The translations under genes and the position numbers were made by a program. The notes under the pieces are model-generated. The model had not been told where the DNA came from. It saw nothing but the letters and a program-made list of their open reading frames with translations, and searched no databases. Shown here in pieces: positions 37,937 through 46,184 of a stretch of DNA of 64,000 nt (position 1 is its first letter; each line of letters begins with the position of its first letter). Origin of the DNA: Bryobacteraceae bacterium. Lineage in GTDB: Bacteria > Acidobacteriota > Terriglobia > Bryobacterales > Bryobacteraceae. Location: NCBI GenBank assembly GCA_025924475.1, contig JAICIH010000001.1, positions 1,424 to 65,423 on the forward strand, read 5' to 3'.

Positions 37937-38092
37937 GTGCTCATCCTGTTGATCATTCTGATTCTGCTTTTAGGTGGAGGCGGTGGTTACTACGGATATG
38001 GCCGCTGGGGTTATGGCGGAGGCGCCGGTATTGGCCTCGGAACGATTCTGATTATTGTTTTACTTTTCTATCTGCTGGGCGGATTTCGATAA
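37937..38092 (+). CDS. small Gly-rich membrane protein, DUF3309-like (51 aa, not in the ORF track)
   Basis: GTG start. VLILLIILILLLGGGGGYYGYGRWGYGGGAGIGLGTILIIVLLFYLLGGFR. Its last 25 nt overlap the convergent GT-C gene. Confidence 0.55.
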   Translation: MLILLIILILLLGGGGGYYGYGRWGYGGGAGIGLGTILIIVLLFYLLGGFR

Positions 38093-39852
38093 TTAGGATA
38101 ACTGTTCGTCGCCGCGGATTTTTGTCTGACCGCGGTGCAAAGGCGATCGCCGGGAAACCATTCCTCACATAGAGAGGGTCCGCTTGTGCGCATACGCGCG
38201 AACAGCGATTCCCCAGCCGCCCCATGAAGAATCTCCTGCGGAGAAGCGGGAATCGGAGCCACTCTCTCAATATGAAGCAATAGCCTAGTCCCGTTTCTAG
38301 CCAACAGGCTGGTTTTGTAGGTAGGCGCTGTGAAGAAAAATGTGATCCAGTTCCATTCATTCACCGTACCGTACGTTAAGAATTCGGAATGTTCATTTTC
38401 GTAGCGTGCGCGTTCTACGGTATTCAACGGAAACCACGGCCGGAGATCCAATAAACTTTGATCATCGTGCCCCAAATATTTCACGGCAACTGCCGAGTCG
38501 CATAGATGGGCGAAATTTCGCTGAAACTCCCTACGTGCGTAAAACGATATCCGGTGAAAAACCGCGCTATCCGATATAACGGCAGGCTCCGCCGTATAGG
38601 GAGCAAGTACTTTCATATTCTCGACCAGCGCAGAGAGAGCAATTGACTGCGATCGATAAACGAGGATGCCCTGCAGCCCAAAGAGAAGAACAAGTATCAC
38701 GCAGAGAGTAAAAGGAAGCATCCGAATGCGAGGAGCAACCTGGAAGCCGGTATGGCAAATGACCAGGAAGGCTCCGATGAGAGCGGAAATGGCATACCTT
38801 TCTGTGTATCCGTGTGTTACAAATTTCGCGAGGACCATAGCCCAAAGTGGCATAGCCACTATTCCGATCCACGTCACGATTTCCCACGCCGGCAGGCCGG
38901 ATGTGGCGGCGCGTTCTTCAGGAAGACTGAAACGCCATTCCGCTGGCCACAAACCGGCGATGAAATAGACAATCACAAGTACACTGAACAAAAAGATCGT
39001 AATGGGAGTTACTAGAAACGACGGATAAAATTCAAGGACTTTACTCCAATAAGGAATTGCCCAGAAATGTGCCGAATATTGCCTCGTGTGCCTAATAGTC
39101 GATAAGAAAACAAGCAGCGGAACGGCGGCGCCGCAGAAGGCAAGCCAGATAAGAGCATCCAGCCGTTTGTGTAAATAGGTACGGGTTAGCTCGCCTAAGC
39201 CAAGTGGTATCAGAAATAAAATGCCGTAATAATGGCTTTCTACCGCCATGGCGAGTGCACAAAAAAGCAAACACAGCCAGCCGAAGCGCTTCTCAAGAGT
39301 TGCCGCCTGCTGCCAACTCAAAAGCGCCAAGGCGCAAAAGCCCAGCATCAAACCATATCCACGCGCTTCTATCGCGTAGTAATAAGCGGGGCCCGCAACT
39401 AGCGGCAAAAGCATGCCGATCATGGCCCACAGTGTGGAGGTTCGATTCCGCAACAGGAAGAACAGACAGATGCAAAATAGACCGTAGCCGAAGATTGCGG
39501 CAAGTCGCAAAGTCAGATGACTTGGTCCGAAAACGGCCATAATCTGATGAACCAGGAGAAGGAAAAGGGGCGGATGCTGCTCGGCGCCGGTCGCGAGGGG
39601 CTTCAAAATCTCGCTCAGGCTACCAGCACGTGAGACATATAAAGTGTAGAACTCGTCGTCCCACATGAGCTTGCGGCTCGCGAGGAACGCCGTTAACGGA
39701 AAGTAGATCGCAAGAAAGATCGCGAGCGGCCAGATTCCGGAGTTCTCGATGGCCGATGCTAAGGTATCGACTCTGGCGAGAATGACGAGTCGGCCACTTT
39801 TTGCCCGGTTGGCAGATGGCATGCCGTGTCCCATTGAACATAGCATGTACAC
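38068..39852 (-). CDS. GT-C fold glycosyltransferase, ArnT/PMT_2-like, paralogue A
   Basis: 594 aa. About 400 aa of polytopic membrane region with the acidic loop motif KLMWDDEFYTLY after TM1, then a roughly 190-aa soluble C-terminal domain. Confidence 0.75.
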   Translation of the reverse strand: MYMLCSMGHGMPSANRAKSGRLVILARVDTLASAIENSGIWPLAIFLAIYFPLTAFLASRKLMWDDEFYTLYVSRAGSLSEILKPLATGAEQHPPLFLLLVHQIMAVFGPSHLTLRLAAIFGYGLFCICLFFLLRNRTSTLWAMIGMLLPLVAGPAYYYAIEARGYGLMLGFCALALLSWQQAATLEKRFGWLCLLFCALAMAVESHYYGILFLIPLGLGELTRTYLHKRLDALIWLAFCGAAVPLLVFLSTIRHTRQYSAHFWAIPYWSKVLEFYPSFLVTPITIFLFSVLVIVYFIAGLWPAEWRFSLPEERAATSGLPAWEIVTWIGIVAMPLWAMVLAKFVTHGYTERYAISALIGAFLVICHTGFQVAPRIRMLPFTLCVILVLLFGLQGILVYRSQSIALSALVENMKVLAPYTAEPAVISDSAVFHRISFYARREFQRNFAHLCDSAVAVKYLGHDDQSLLDLRPWFPLNTVERARYENEHSEFLTYGTVNEWNWITFFFTAPTYKTSLLARNGTRLLLHIERVAPIPASPQEILHGAAGESLFARMRTSGPSLCEEWFPGDRLCTAVRQKSAATNSYPNYRNPPSR

Positions 39853-39871
39853 CGTATGGCCAACTTCGCCA

Positions 39872-39904
39872 TTACTTTTCTACCTGCTGGGCGGATTTCG
39901 ATAA
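39872..39904 (+). pseudogene. orphan copy of the last ~33 nt of the DUF3309-like gene at the duplication junction
   Basis: TTACTTTTCTACCTGCTGGGCGGATTTCGATAA matches 38060-38092 with two substitutions. No upstream part of the small ORF is present. Confidence 0.7.
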
Positions 39905-41671
39905 TCAAGGGTGATTGTTTATCGCCGCGGATTTTTGTCCAACTGCGGCACAAAGGTGATCGCCGGGAAACCATTCCTCACATAAAGAGGGCCCGCTTGT
40001 GCGCATACGATCGAACAGAGGTTCCCCCGCCGCGCGATGGATAATTGGCCGCGGAGAAGCGGGAATTGCAGCGATTCTCTCGACACGAAGCAACAGCCTA
40101 GTCCCGTCTCTAGCCAACAGGCCCGTTTTGTAAGTAGGCGCGGTGAATAAAAACGTAATCCAGTTCCATTCGTTCACCGTACCGTACGTTAAGAATTCGG
40201 AATGTTCATTTACAAAGCGAGCACGTTCAACGGCATTCACCGGAAACCACGGCAGAAGATCCAATAAACCTTGATCGAGGGTATCGTGTCCTAAATATTT
40301 CACCGATACCGTCGGGTCGCATAAATGGACGAAATTTCGCTGAAACTCCCTGCGCGCGTAAAACGATATCCGGTGGAAAACCGGGGTATCCGATATAGCA
40401 GTAGGCTCTGCCGTATGGGGAGCAAGGAATCTCATATTCTCGATCAGCCCAGAGAGAGCAAGTGAGTGCGATCGATAAACCAGGAATCCCTGCAGCCCAA
40501 AGAAAAGAACAAGCATCACGCAGAGAGTAAAGGGAAGAATCCGAATGCGAGGAGCAATCTGGAAGCCGGTATAACCAATAATCAGGAAGGCTCCGATGAG
40601 AGCGGAAATGGCATACCTTTCTGTGTATCCGTGTGTTACAAATTTCGCCAGGACCATAGCCCAAAGCGGTATGGCAACTATTCCGACCCACGTTACGATT
40701 TCCCACGCGGGCAGGCCGGATGTGGCGGCGCGTTCTTCAGGAAAACTGAAACGCCATTCCGCCGGCCATAAACCCACGATGAAATAGACAATCACAAGCA
40801 CGCTCAACAAAAAGATCGTAGCGGGGGTTGCCAAAAACGTGGGATAAAATTCAAGGACTTTACTCCAAGAAGGAATTGCCCAGAAATGTGTCGAATATTG
40901 CCTTGCGTGTCTTATAGTCGATAAAAAAACAAGCGGCGGAACGGCTACGCCGCAGAAGGCAAGCCAGACAGGAGCATCAAGCCGCTTATGTAAATAAGTG
41001 CGAGTTAGCTCGCCTAAGCCAAGCGGTATCAGAAACAAAATGACGTAATAATGGCTCGCCATCGCCATGGTGAGCGCGCCAAAAAGTACACACAGCCAGC
41101 CGAAGCGCTTCTCAAGGGTTGCGGCGCGCTGCCAACTTAAAAGTGCTAACGAGCAAAAACCCAGCATCAAACTGTATCCGCGCGCTTCTATCGCGTAGTA
41201 ATAAGCGGGGCCCGCAATTAGCGGCAGAAGCATGCCAATCATGGCCCACAGCGTGGACGTTCGATTCCGCAACAGGAAGAACAGACAGATGCAAAATAGA
41301 CCGTAGCCGAATATTGCGGCGAGTCGCAAACTCAGATGACTTGACCCTAAAACGGCCATGATTTGGTGAACCAGGAAATAGAAAAAGGGCGGATGCTGGT
41401 CGGCGCCCGTGGCGAGAGCTTTCAAAATCTCGCTCATGCTACCGGGCCGTGAGATATATAACGTGAAGAATTCGTCATCCCACATGAGCTTGCGGCTCGC
41501 GAGGAACGCCGTTAAAGGAAAATAGATCGCAAGAAAAATCGCAAGCGGCCAGATTCTGGAATTCTCAATGGCCGATGCCAACTTATCGACTCTTGCGAGA
41601 ATCACGAGACGACCGCTGCTTGCCCGATTGACAGATGGCATGCCGTGTGTCCCATTGACCATAACATGCAA
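39905..41671 (-). CDS. GT-C fold glycosyltransferase, ArnT/PMT_2-like, paralogue B
   Basis: 588 aa, collinear with paralogue A; most positions are identical by eye. Same KLMWDDEFFTLY motif. Confidence 0.75.
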   Translation of the reverse strand: MHVMVNGTHGMPSVNRASSGRLVILARVDKLASAIENSRIWPLAIFLAIYFPLTAFLASRKLMWDDEFFTLYISRPGSMSEILKALATGADQHPPFFYFLVHQIMAVLGSSHLSLRLAAIFGYGLFCICLFFLLRNRTSTLWAMIGMLLPLIAGPAYYYAIEARGYSLMLGFCSLALLSWQRAATLEKRFGWLCVLFGALTMAMASHYYVILFLIPLGLGELTRTYLHKRLDAPVWLAFCGVAVPPLVFLSTIRHARQYSTHFWAIPSWSKVLEFYPTFLATPATIFLLSVLVIVYFIVGLWPAEWRFSFPEERAATSGLPAWEIVTWVGIVAIPLWAMVLAKFVTHGYTERYAISALIGAFLIIGYTGFQIAPRIRILPFTLCVMLVLFFGLQGFLVYRSHSLALSGLIENMRFLAPHTAEPTAISDTPVFHRISFYARREFQRNFVHLCDPTVSVKYLGHDTLDQGLLDLLPWFPVNAVERARFVNEHSEFLTYGTVNEWNWITFLFTAPTYKTGLLARDGTRLLLRVERIAAIPASPRPIIHRAAGEPLFDRMRTSGPSLCEEWFPGDHLCAAVGQKSAAINNHP

Positions 41672-41832
41672 TCCGTTATGCAGCCATCGTCATGCGTCAC
41701 ACCGTACTAGAAGTACTAAAGCGATCGGTCGCTAAGCAACCCACACGTAATTGAAGCTTAGAAATTGCGTCTTGTTTTGGTGGGATTGAATAGAGGGAGC
41801 ATTTCGCTAGTAATTCTTCGGAGGGCGCTGAT

Positions 41833-43353
41833 TTGATGGATCCCGTTACCAGCACAGCGCTCGATCAGAATCTACGTGCGATGGAGCACACACGGGAAAA
41901 ATATTGGCGATCGTACCCACAAAGCTCGCCGTATAAATTAAGATGGCGCGCACTTACCGTCCGTCATAGTTTTCACGTTCTTCCGGGTGAATCGATACTG
42001 GAGATCGGGGCAGGCGGAGGAATCTGGTCGCGCGAATTGGCCGCCGTGTTCGGCGACGAAAATGAGATCACTGCGGCGATTTTTAACCGGGATTTAGCGG
42101 AATCGAAGGATTGGCAGGCCGCTCCCAATGTACATCGACGCGTGATCGGGAGCCTTGACGAGTTGCCGGAGGCATCGTTCGATTACGTGGTCGGCACAGC
42201 GATCCTTTGCCATGACCGTTTCATGCAGAACCTGGAAGCGCTTTACAGGCTTCTGAAGCCCGGCGGCCAAATCCTGTTTTTCGAGCAAAATCTTCGAAAC
42301 CCGCAGGTGCTCGTCAAGAGCGTTTTTCCGGCAATCGGACGATGGTGCGGCAATGCGCCCTGCCAGATCGGAATCCGGAAAACCTCCTTCCGGGATAGCG
42401 CACGGCGGCTAGGCTTCCGGGACGTGGAGGTCGTTCCTTACGACATCATCCATCCACTATTGCCCAAGCGTGCGCTCAGTACGGTGCAAAGTGTCGCGTT
42501 CATTATTGAACATGCGCCTGTTTTGCGGGACCTTTGCGGCACGTTCTATCTTTGGGCGCGCAAACCGGGCGGCCCACCGGTTCGCCGCGCGGTCAACCTG
42601 GCAAAGCACGACCGATTTTACAAAACCGTTTCATTCGTCATTCCTTGTCACAACGAAGAGACAACTATCGGACCGCTGGTGACGGCGCTCACCAATTATT
42701 TTCGGGATTATATCCACGAAATCATCCTCGTAAACGACAACAGCAAAGACAGGACGGCGGAGGTGGCCGGCGAGATCGCTCGCCAAAACCGCAGAGTGCG
42801 CATCATAAACCGAAAGCCTCCGAACGGCGTGGGGCGGGCATTGAGAGATGGCTATGCGGCCGCAACCGGCGATTATATTCTGACGATGGACAGCGACTTC
42901 GTGCAGATTGTGCCGGAAATGCGCGATCTCTTTGACGCCGTGGCCGAAGGATACGACGGAGCCATCGGCAGCCGGTTCACGCAAGAGTCGATCATGGTCA
43001 ATTATCCGTTCGCGAAGATTGTTTCCAACCGGCTCTTTCATTTCCTCGCGAGAAGGTCGCTGGGCCTCGGATTCCACGATATCTCGAATAATTTGAAGCT
43101 CTACAAAGCCGAGATTCTCAAGGAAATGAACATTACCGAGAACCACTTTGCCGCTAACGCCGAGATCGGTTTGAAATCGATCGCGGCGGGCTATCGAATC
43201 AAGGAAGTTCCCATTTCGTGGATTAATCGAACGGTGGATATGGGAAGCTCCTCGTTTCGTTTATTCGGCGTGGGCCCCCATTATGTCCGTGCGCTGCGCG
43301 ACGTGATCCGGTGGATGCGCAATTTGAAGACGGCGCCCCGCACGCAAGGGTGA
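41833..43353 (+). CDS. fusion of class I SAM methyltransferase and GT2 polyprenyl-phosphate glycosyltransferase (DPM1/ArnC/GtrB-like)
   Basis: 506 aa. N-terminal ILEIGAGGGIW ... LKPGGQILFFE. C-terminal VSFVIPCHNEE ... IILVNDNSKDRT ... LTMDSDF. The ATG at 41836 is an alternative start. Confidence 0.85.
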   Translation: MMDPVTSTALDQNLRAMEHTREKYWRSYPQSSPYKLRWRALTVRHSFHVLPGESILEIGAGGGIWSRELAAVFGDENEITAAIFNRDLAESKDWQAAPNVHRRVIGSLDELPEASFDYVVGTAILCHDRFMQNLEALYRLLKPGGQILFFEQNLRNPQVLVKSVFPAIGRWCGNAPCQIGIRKTSFRDSARRLGFRDVEVVPYDIIHPLLPKRALSTVQSVAFIIEHAPVLRDLCGTFYLWARKPGGPPVRRAVNLAKHDRFYKTVSFVIPCHNEETTIGPLVTALTNYFRDYIHEIILVNDNSKDRTAEVAGEIARQNRRVRIINRKPPNGVGRALRDGYAAATGDYILTMDSDFVQIVPEMRDLFDAVAEGYDGAIGSRFTQESIMVNYPFAKIVSNRLFHFLARRSLGLGFHDISNNLKLYKAEILKEMNITENHFAANAEIGLKSIAAGYRIKEVPISWINRTVDMGSSSFRLFGVGPHYVRALRDVIRWMRNLKTAPRTQG

Positions 43354-43378
43354 AATAGGACCGGTGTTTTCGCGCAGT

Positions 43379-44671
43379 CTATTTGGTCCCATCCCGGGAT
43401 CGGGCGGGCGTGCGCGTCCTCCAAACAATCCGGAACCCTTTGGCCACGTGAACGCGCTCTCCCTCCAATACAAAACTTGCCACGCCAGGTATGTGTACTG
43501 GTTGAATAACTTCGGACTGGGATTCCATGGTGAGCCAATTTCCTCTGTGGCCGCTCCGGACGCCACGACTGAGGCGAAGCTCTGGCAGGGTGGAGAACGA
43601 CTCGGCGAAAAAGTCGGCGGAATGTCCCGGCCAAAGCATGCGATCGAACTCTAAACCCACCTGGTAGTACGACGACCCACCATCGTTGAGCCGCTCCAGT
43701 TGGCGGAGATATCCTTCGGCCGTCGCTCCTTGGGGAATAGTGGAGTTATCGGGTAGTGCAACCGGCTCTTCGAGCCGCGCGCGAATTTTGTCGCCGACCA
43801 TCGCGATGGCCGAATCAATGGGCGTCTCGAGCGTGAGCGGCAGCGTCAAGCCTGCCGGCAGTACCTCGCGACTCTTTTGAAATTGAGAAACTTCTTTGAC
43901 CAGGTCGGCTGCCGAGAGCAGGAGCGTGGATTCAGCGCCAAATACCCGGCAATGCGAGAACGACACTTCGGCCCGATGCAACACCCCGTTCCATTCGGCG
44001 GCAACAACGCCGGCCGACTCCGGCAATAGCGTTTTCGCCGCTCCAATCGATTCTGGCCGATAGTCGATGATGATCCTCAGGTGTTGAAGCGGCAAGGCGG
44101 GAGGTATATCGGCCGCGTCTACGCTTAACCGGAGCAACGTGAACTGCGAAGCGTCGATCCAGAATTCGCCTTCTTCTCCAACGGTGCCGCGAGCGCCCAG
44201 CCAATCCACCTGCCAGCGGCTCAAAAACGAAGGTACTTTGTAGCGAAAGTGATAGGCCGGATGGCCATGCAGAGTGCTCTCGCCGATCCAATGAATAGCG
44301 GCGGCGTTGCCGGCGAATACGGTATTCACCATCGACTGGAACAGGCCGGTGGCCACCATGCCATGTCCTACGATTTGCGCCAACTCATTGTCGGAAAAAT
44401 TGTTTTGACCTGGCCATGAGAAAACCTCCCGGCCGCCGCCAACCGCCACCTCCACTTGAATGACGTCCTGGTCCTTGATGCGCCGCTGATTTCTCGCCAA
44501 ATCGGTTCGCCGAATCGTCTCTAAACAAGTGACCTTCGCGACATGCTTCACCAGTTCGCGGTTTACGGTCATGGCTTTGGCAGCCTTCAGAACGCCCGGC
44601 GGAAGATCGTCCAGCTGCGCCGTGGCCGCGAAGCTGGCGGCCAACAAGGCGGCAATGAGCAGACGGAGCAC
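43379..44671 (-). CDS. hypothetical secreted protein
   Basis: 430 aa with signal peptide MLRLLIAALLAASFAATAQ. No family recognised. Confidence 0.55.
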   Translation of the reverse strand: MLRLLIAALLAASFAATAQLDDLPPGVLKAAKAMTVNRELVKHVAKVTCLETIRRTDLARNQRRIKDQDVIQVEVAVGGGREVFSWPGQNNFSDNELAQIVGHGMVATGLFQSMVNTVFAGNAAAIHWIGESTLHGHPAYHFRYKVPSFLSRWQVDWLGARGTVGEEGEFWIDASQFTLLRLSVDAADIPPALPLQHLRIIIDYRPESIGAAKTLLPESAGVVAAEWNGVLHRAEVSFSHCRVFGAESTLLLSAADLVKEVSQFQKSREVLPAGLTLPLTLETPIDSAIAMVGDKIRARLEEPVALPDNSTIPQGATAEGYLRQLERLNDGGSSYYQVGLEFDRMLWPGHSADFFAESFSTLPELRLSRGVRSGHRGNWLTMESQSEVIQPVHIPGVASFVLEGERVHVAKGFRIVWRTRTPARSRDGTK

Positions 44672-45155
44672 GTTCGTGTTTAGCTTATGTCATTTTGAGC
44701 CGGAGATTCCGAATGGCCAAATGCAGCAGCCAGACGCTACGAGGAATAGTAGTTGATGAATCCTAACTTAACTTTGTGTGCAGCGGCTCGGAAGGTTTCA
44801 AGAAATCAGCTCAATCTTTTGATCCAGTACGGCTATTTCCGCAGGGAGAATGGAGCCTCGCCCGTAGCGATGCAAAACTGAATCACGGTTTAAGGAAAAC
44901 ATCGATTTGCTTTCCTTTCCTGCGGACTGCGAATCCATCCTCTTTGTAGGATGGAACGCAGTCCACCCTGGATCAGCCGCATCGAATAACAATTGGCAGC
45001 CAGCACGTCGGCAACGAGGTAAGACAGCGCACGGTCGTGTGTATGCGGCTTGGGAAAAGTAGGAAGCAGCGGCCCATGAATGCATTCCAACTGATATAAT
45101 TTTGTGTCAACTTCAGCCGCTGTAAACACACCGAGGCTGCGGCGTTGTACTGGGC

Positions 45156-45536
45156 TTGCCGTTTATGAGTGCGTCCGTCCCGAGTCATCCACCGGTCGCC
45201 GAAGTTACTCCCGAACTGTTGGAAGCGCAAGAACGCATGGCGACCAGCTTACAGCGAGAACTGTGGTCGAATTTACAGCAAGCGGCTGTCGACCAGATGA
45301 AATTCTCGTTGAAGAGCCAACTCACCGAGCTGATTTTTCGACTCGCTGTGCTGTCGGTGGGGACGTTTTTCGCATATCTGGGATACCGGCTATTCCTCTC
45401 CGGATTTATCGGCCCGGCGAATCTGGAGGCCAAAGGTGCGGGCTATTCGCTGTCACTAGGAGAAGCCGCTCCGGGTATCTTTTTTGCGCTGTTTGGAACG
45501 ATCCTGATTGTTGTCGGCATCTCATGGGCCTTCTGA
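45156..45536 (+). CDS. hypothetical membrane protein
   Basis: 126 aa with two predicted hydrophobic helices (LIFRLAVLSVGTFFAYLGYRLFL and PGIFFALFGTILIVVGISWAF). No family recognised. Confidence 0.4.
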   Translation: MPFMSASVPSHPPVAEVTPELLEAQERMATSLQRELWSNLQQAAVDQMKFSLKSQLTELIFRLAVLSVGTFFAYLGYRLFLSGFIGPANLEAKGAGYSLSLGEAAPGIFFALFGTILIVVGISWAF

Positions 45537-45638
45537 TTGGCTTTCGCCTTCTCCGGATCCCAAGCGGCAAACGAGGTCATCCTGCTTTATTGTATAGACA
45601 ATTTGTCCATGCAGGCATTGTCGGTGTGGACCGAGAAC

Positions 45639-45715
45639 TGGTGGGCGGTGACGGGATCGAACCATCGACCTCCTGCTTGTAAGGCAGGCGCTCTAACCGG
45701 CTGAGCTAACCGCCC
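45639..45715 (-). tRNA. tRNA-Val (anticodon UAC), CCA encoded
   Basis: Reverse complement reads GGGCGGT-TA-GCTC-AGCCGGTTA-GAGC-G-CCTGC-CTTACAA-GCAGG-AGGTC-GATGG-TTCGATC-CCGTC-ACCGCCC-A-CCA. This is a full 77-nt cloverleaf. Confidence 0.95.
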
Positions 45716-45785
45716 TTCGGTGGGCTTTCTTAATCTTCGCATGAACTTGCCGCGCTTACTCGCCGCGCTGCACCCGAATCGAGTA

Positions 45786-45821
45786 GTAGATTTTCTACCT
45801 CCTTTGTGGTAGAACTCCTAC
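45786..45821. promoter_or_regulatory. array of alternating GTAGA/TCTAC half-sites upstream of the second padR
   Basis: GTAGA (45786-90), TCTACC (45794-99), GGTAGA (45808-13), CTAC (45818-21). Includes the inverted repeats GTAGA-N3-TCTAC and TCTACC-N8-GGTAGA. Confidence 0.3.
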
Positions 45822-45824
45822 TAG

Positions 45825-46184
45825 GTGAGAAAGCGTGTGGACGATCGCGTCGATCTGATCTACGGCGCGCTGGATGTGCTCATTCTGCGCACGCTGCAAT
45901 GGGGTCCGGCGCACGGGCACGGTATCGCGAAATCGATTGAACGAATGTCGGAAGACGCTTTGAAGGTGGAGCATGGTTCGCTCTATCCCGCGCTGCAGCG
46001 CCTGCTCCAGGAGGGCTGGATCACTGCGGCCTGGGGCATTTCGGACAACAATCAACGCGCAAAATACTACCGGCTCACCGCGGCGGGACGGCGCAAACTG
46101 ACAGCCGAAACATCGCGCTGGGACCGTTTTGTGCGGGCGGTCACTGGGGTCTTACGGCCGGCGGAAATAGAGGAAGGCGGATGA
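45825..46184 (+). CDS. PadR family transcriptional regulator
   Basis: 119 aa with [23 protein letters not shown] ... [16 protein letters not shown] ... [14 protein letters not shown] overlap with the next gene. Confidence 0.9.
   Translation: MRKRVDDRVDLIYGALDVLILRTLQWGPAHGHGIAKSIERMSEDALKVEHGSLYPALQRLLQEGWITAAWGISDNNQRAKYYRLTAAGRRKLTAETSRWDRFVRAVTGVLRPAEIEEGG

Larger units (their letters stand above)
38060..41685. repeat. head-to-tail tandem duplication, unit about 1812 bp
   Basis: Equivalent landmarks are offset by exactly 1812 bp (TACTTTTCTA at 38061 vs 39873; TAA at 38090 vs 39902). Homology runs through both GT-C genes to about 39862 / 41682. The copies are diverged but both are open. 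Confidence 0.85.

Noticed and set aside
45104-45682. 192-aa plus-strand ORF running into the tRNA-Val gene.
   Set aside because: It overlaps a complete tRNA cloverleaf on the opposite strand and competes with the more protein-like frame 45156-45536. It is a spurious extension.
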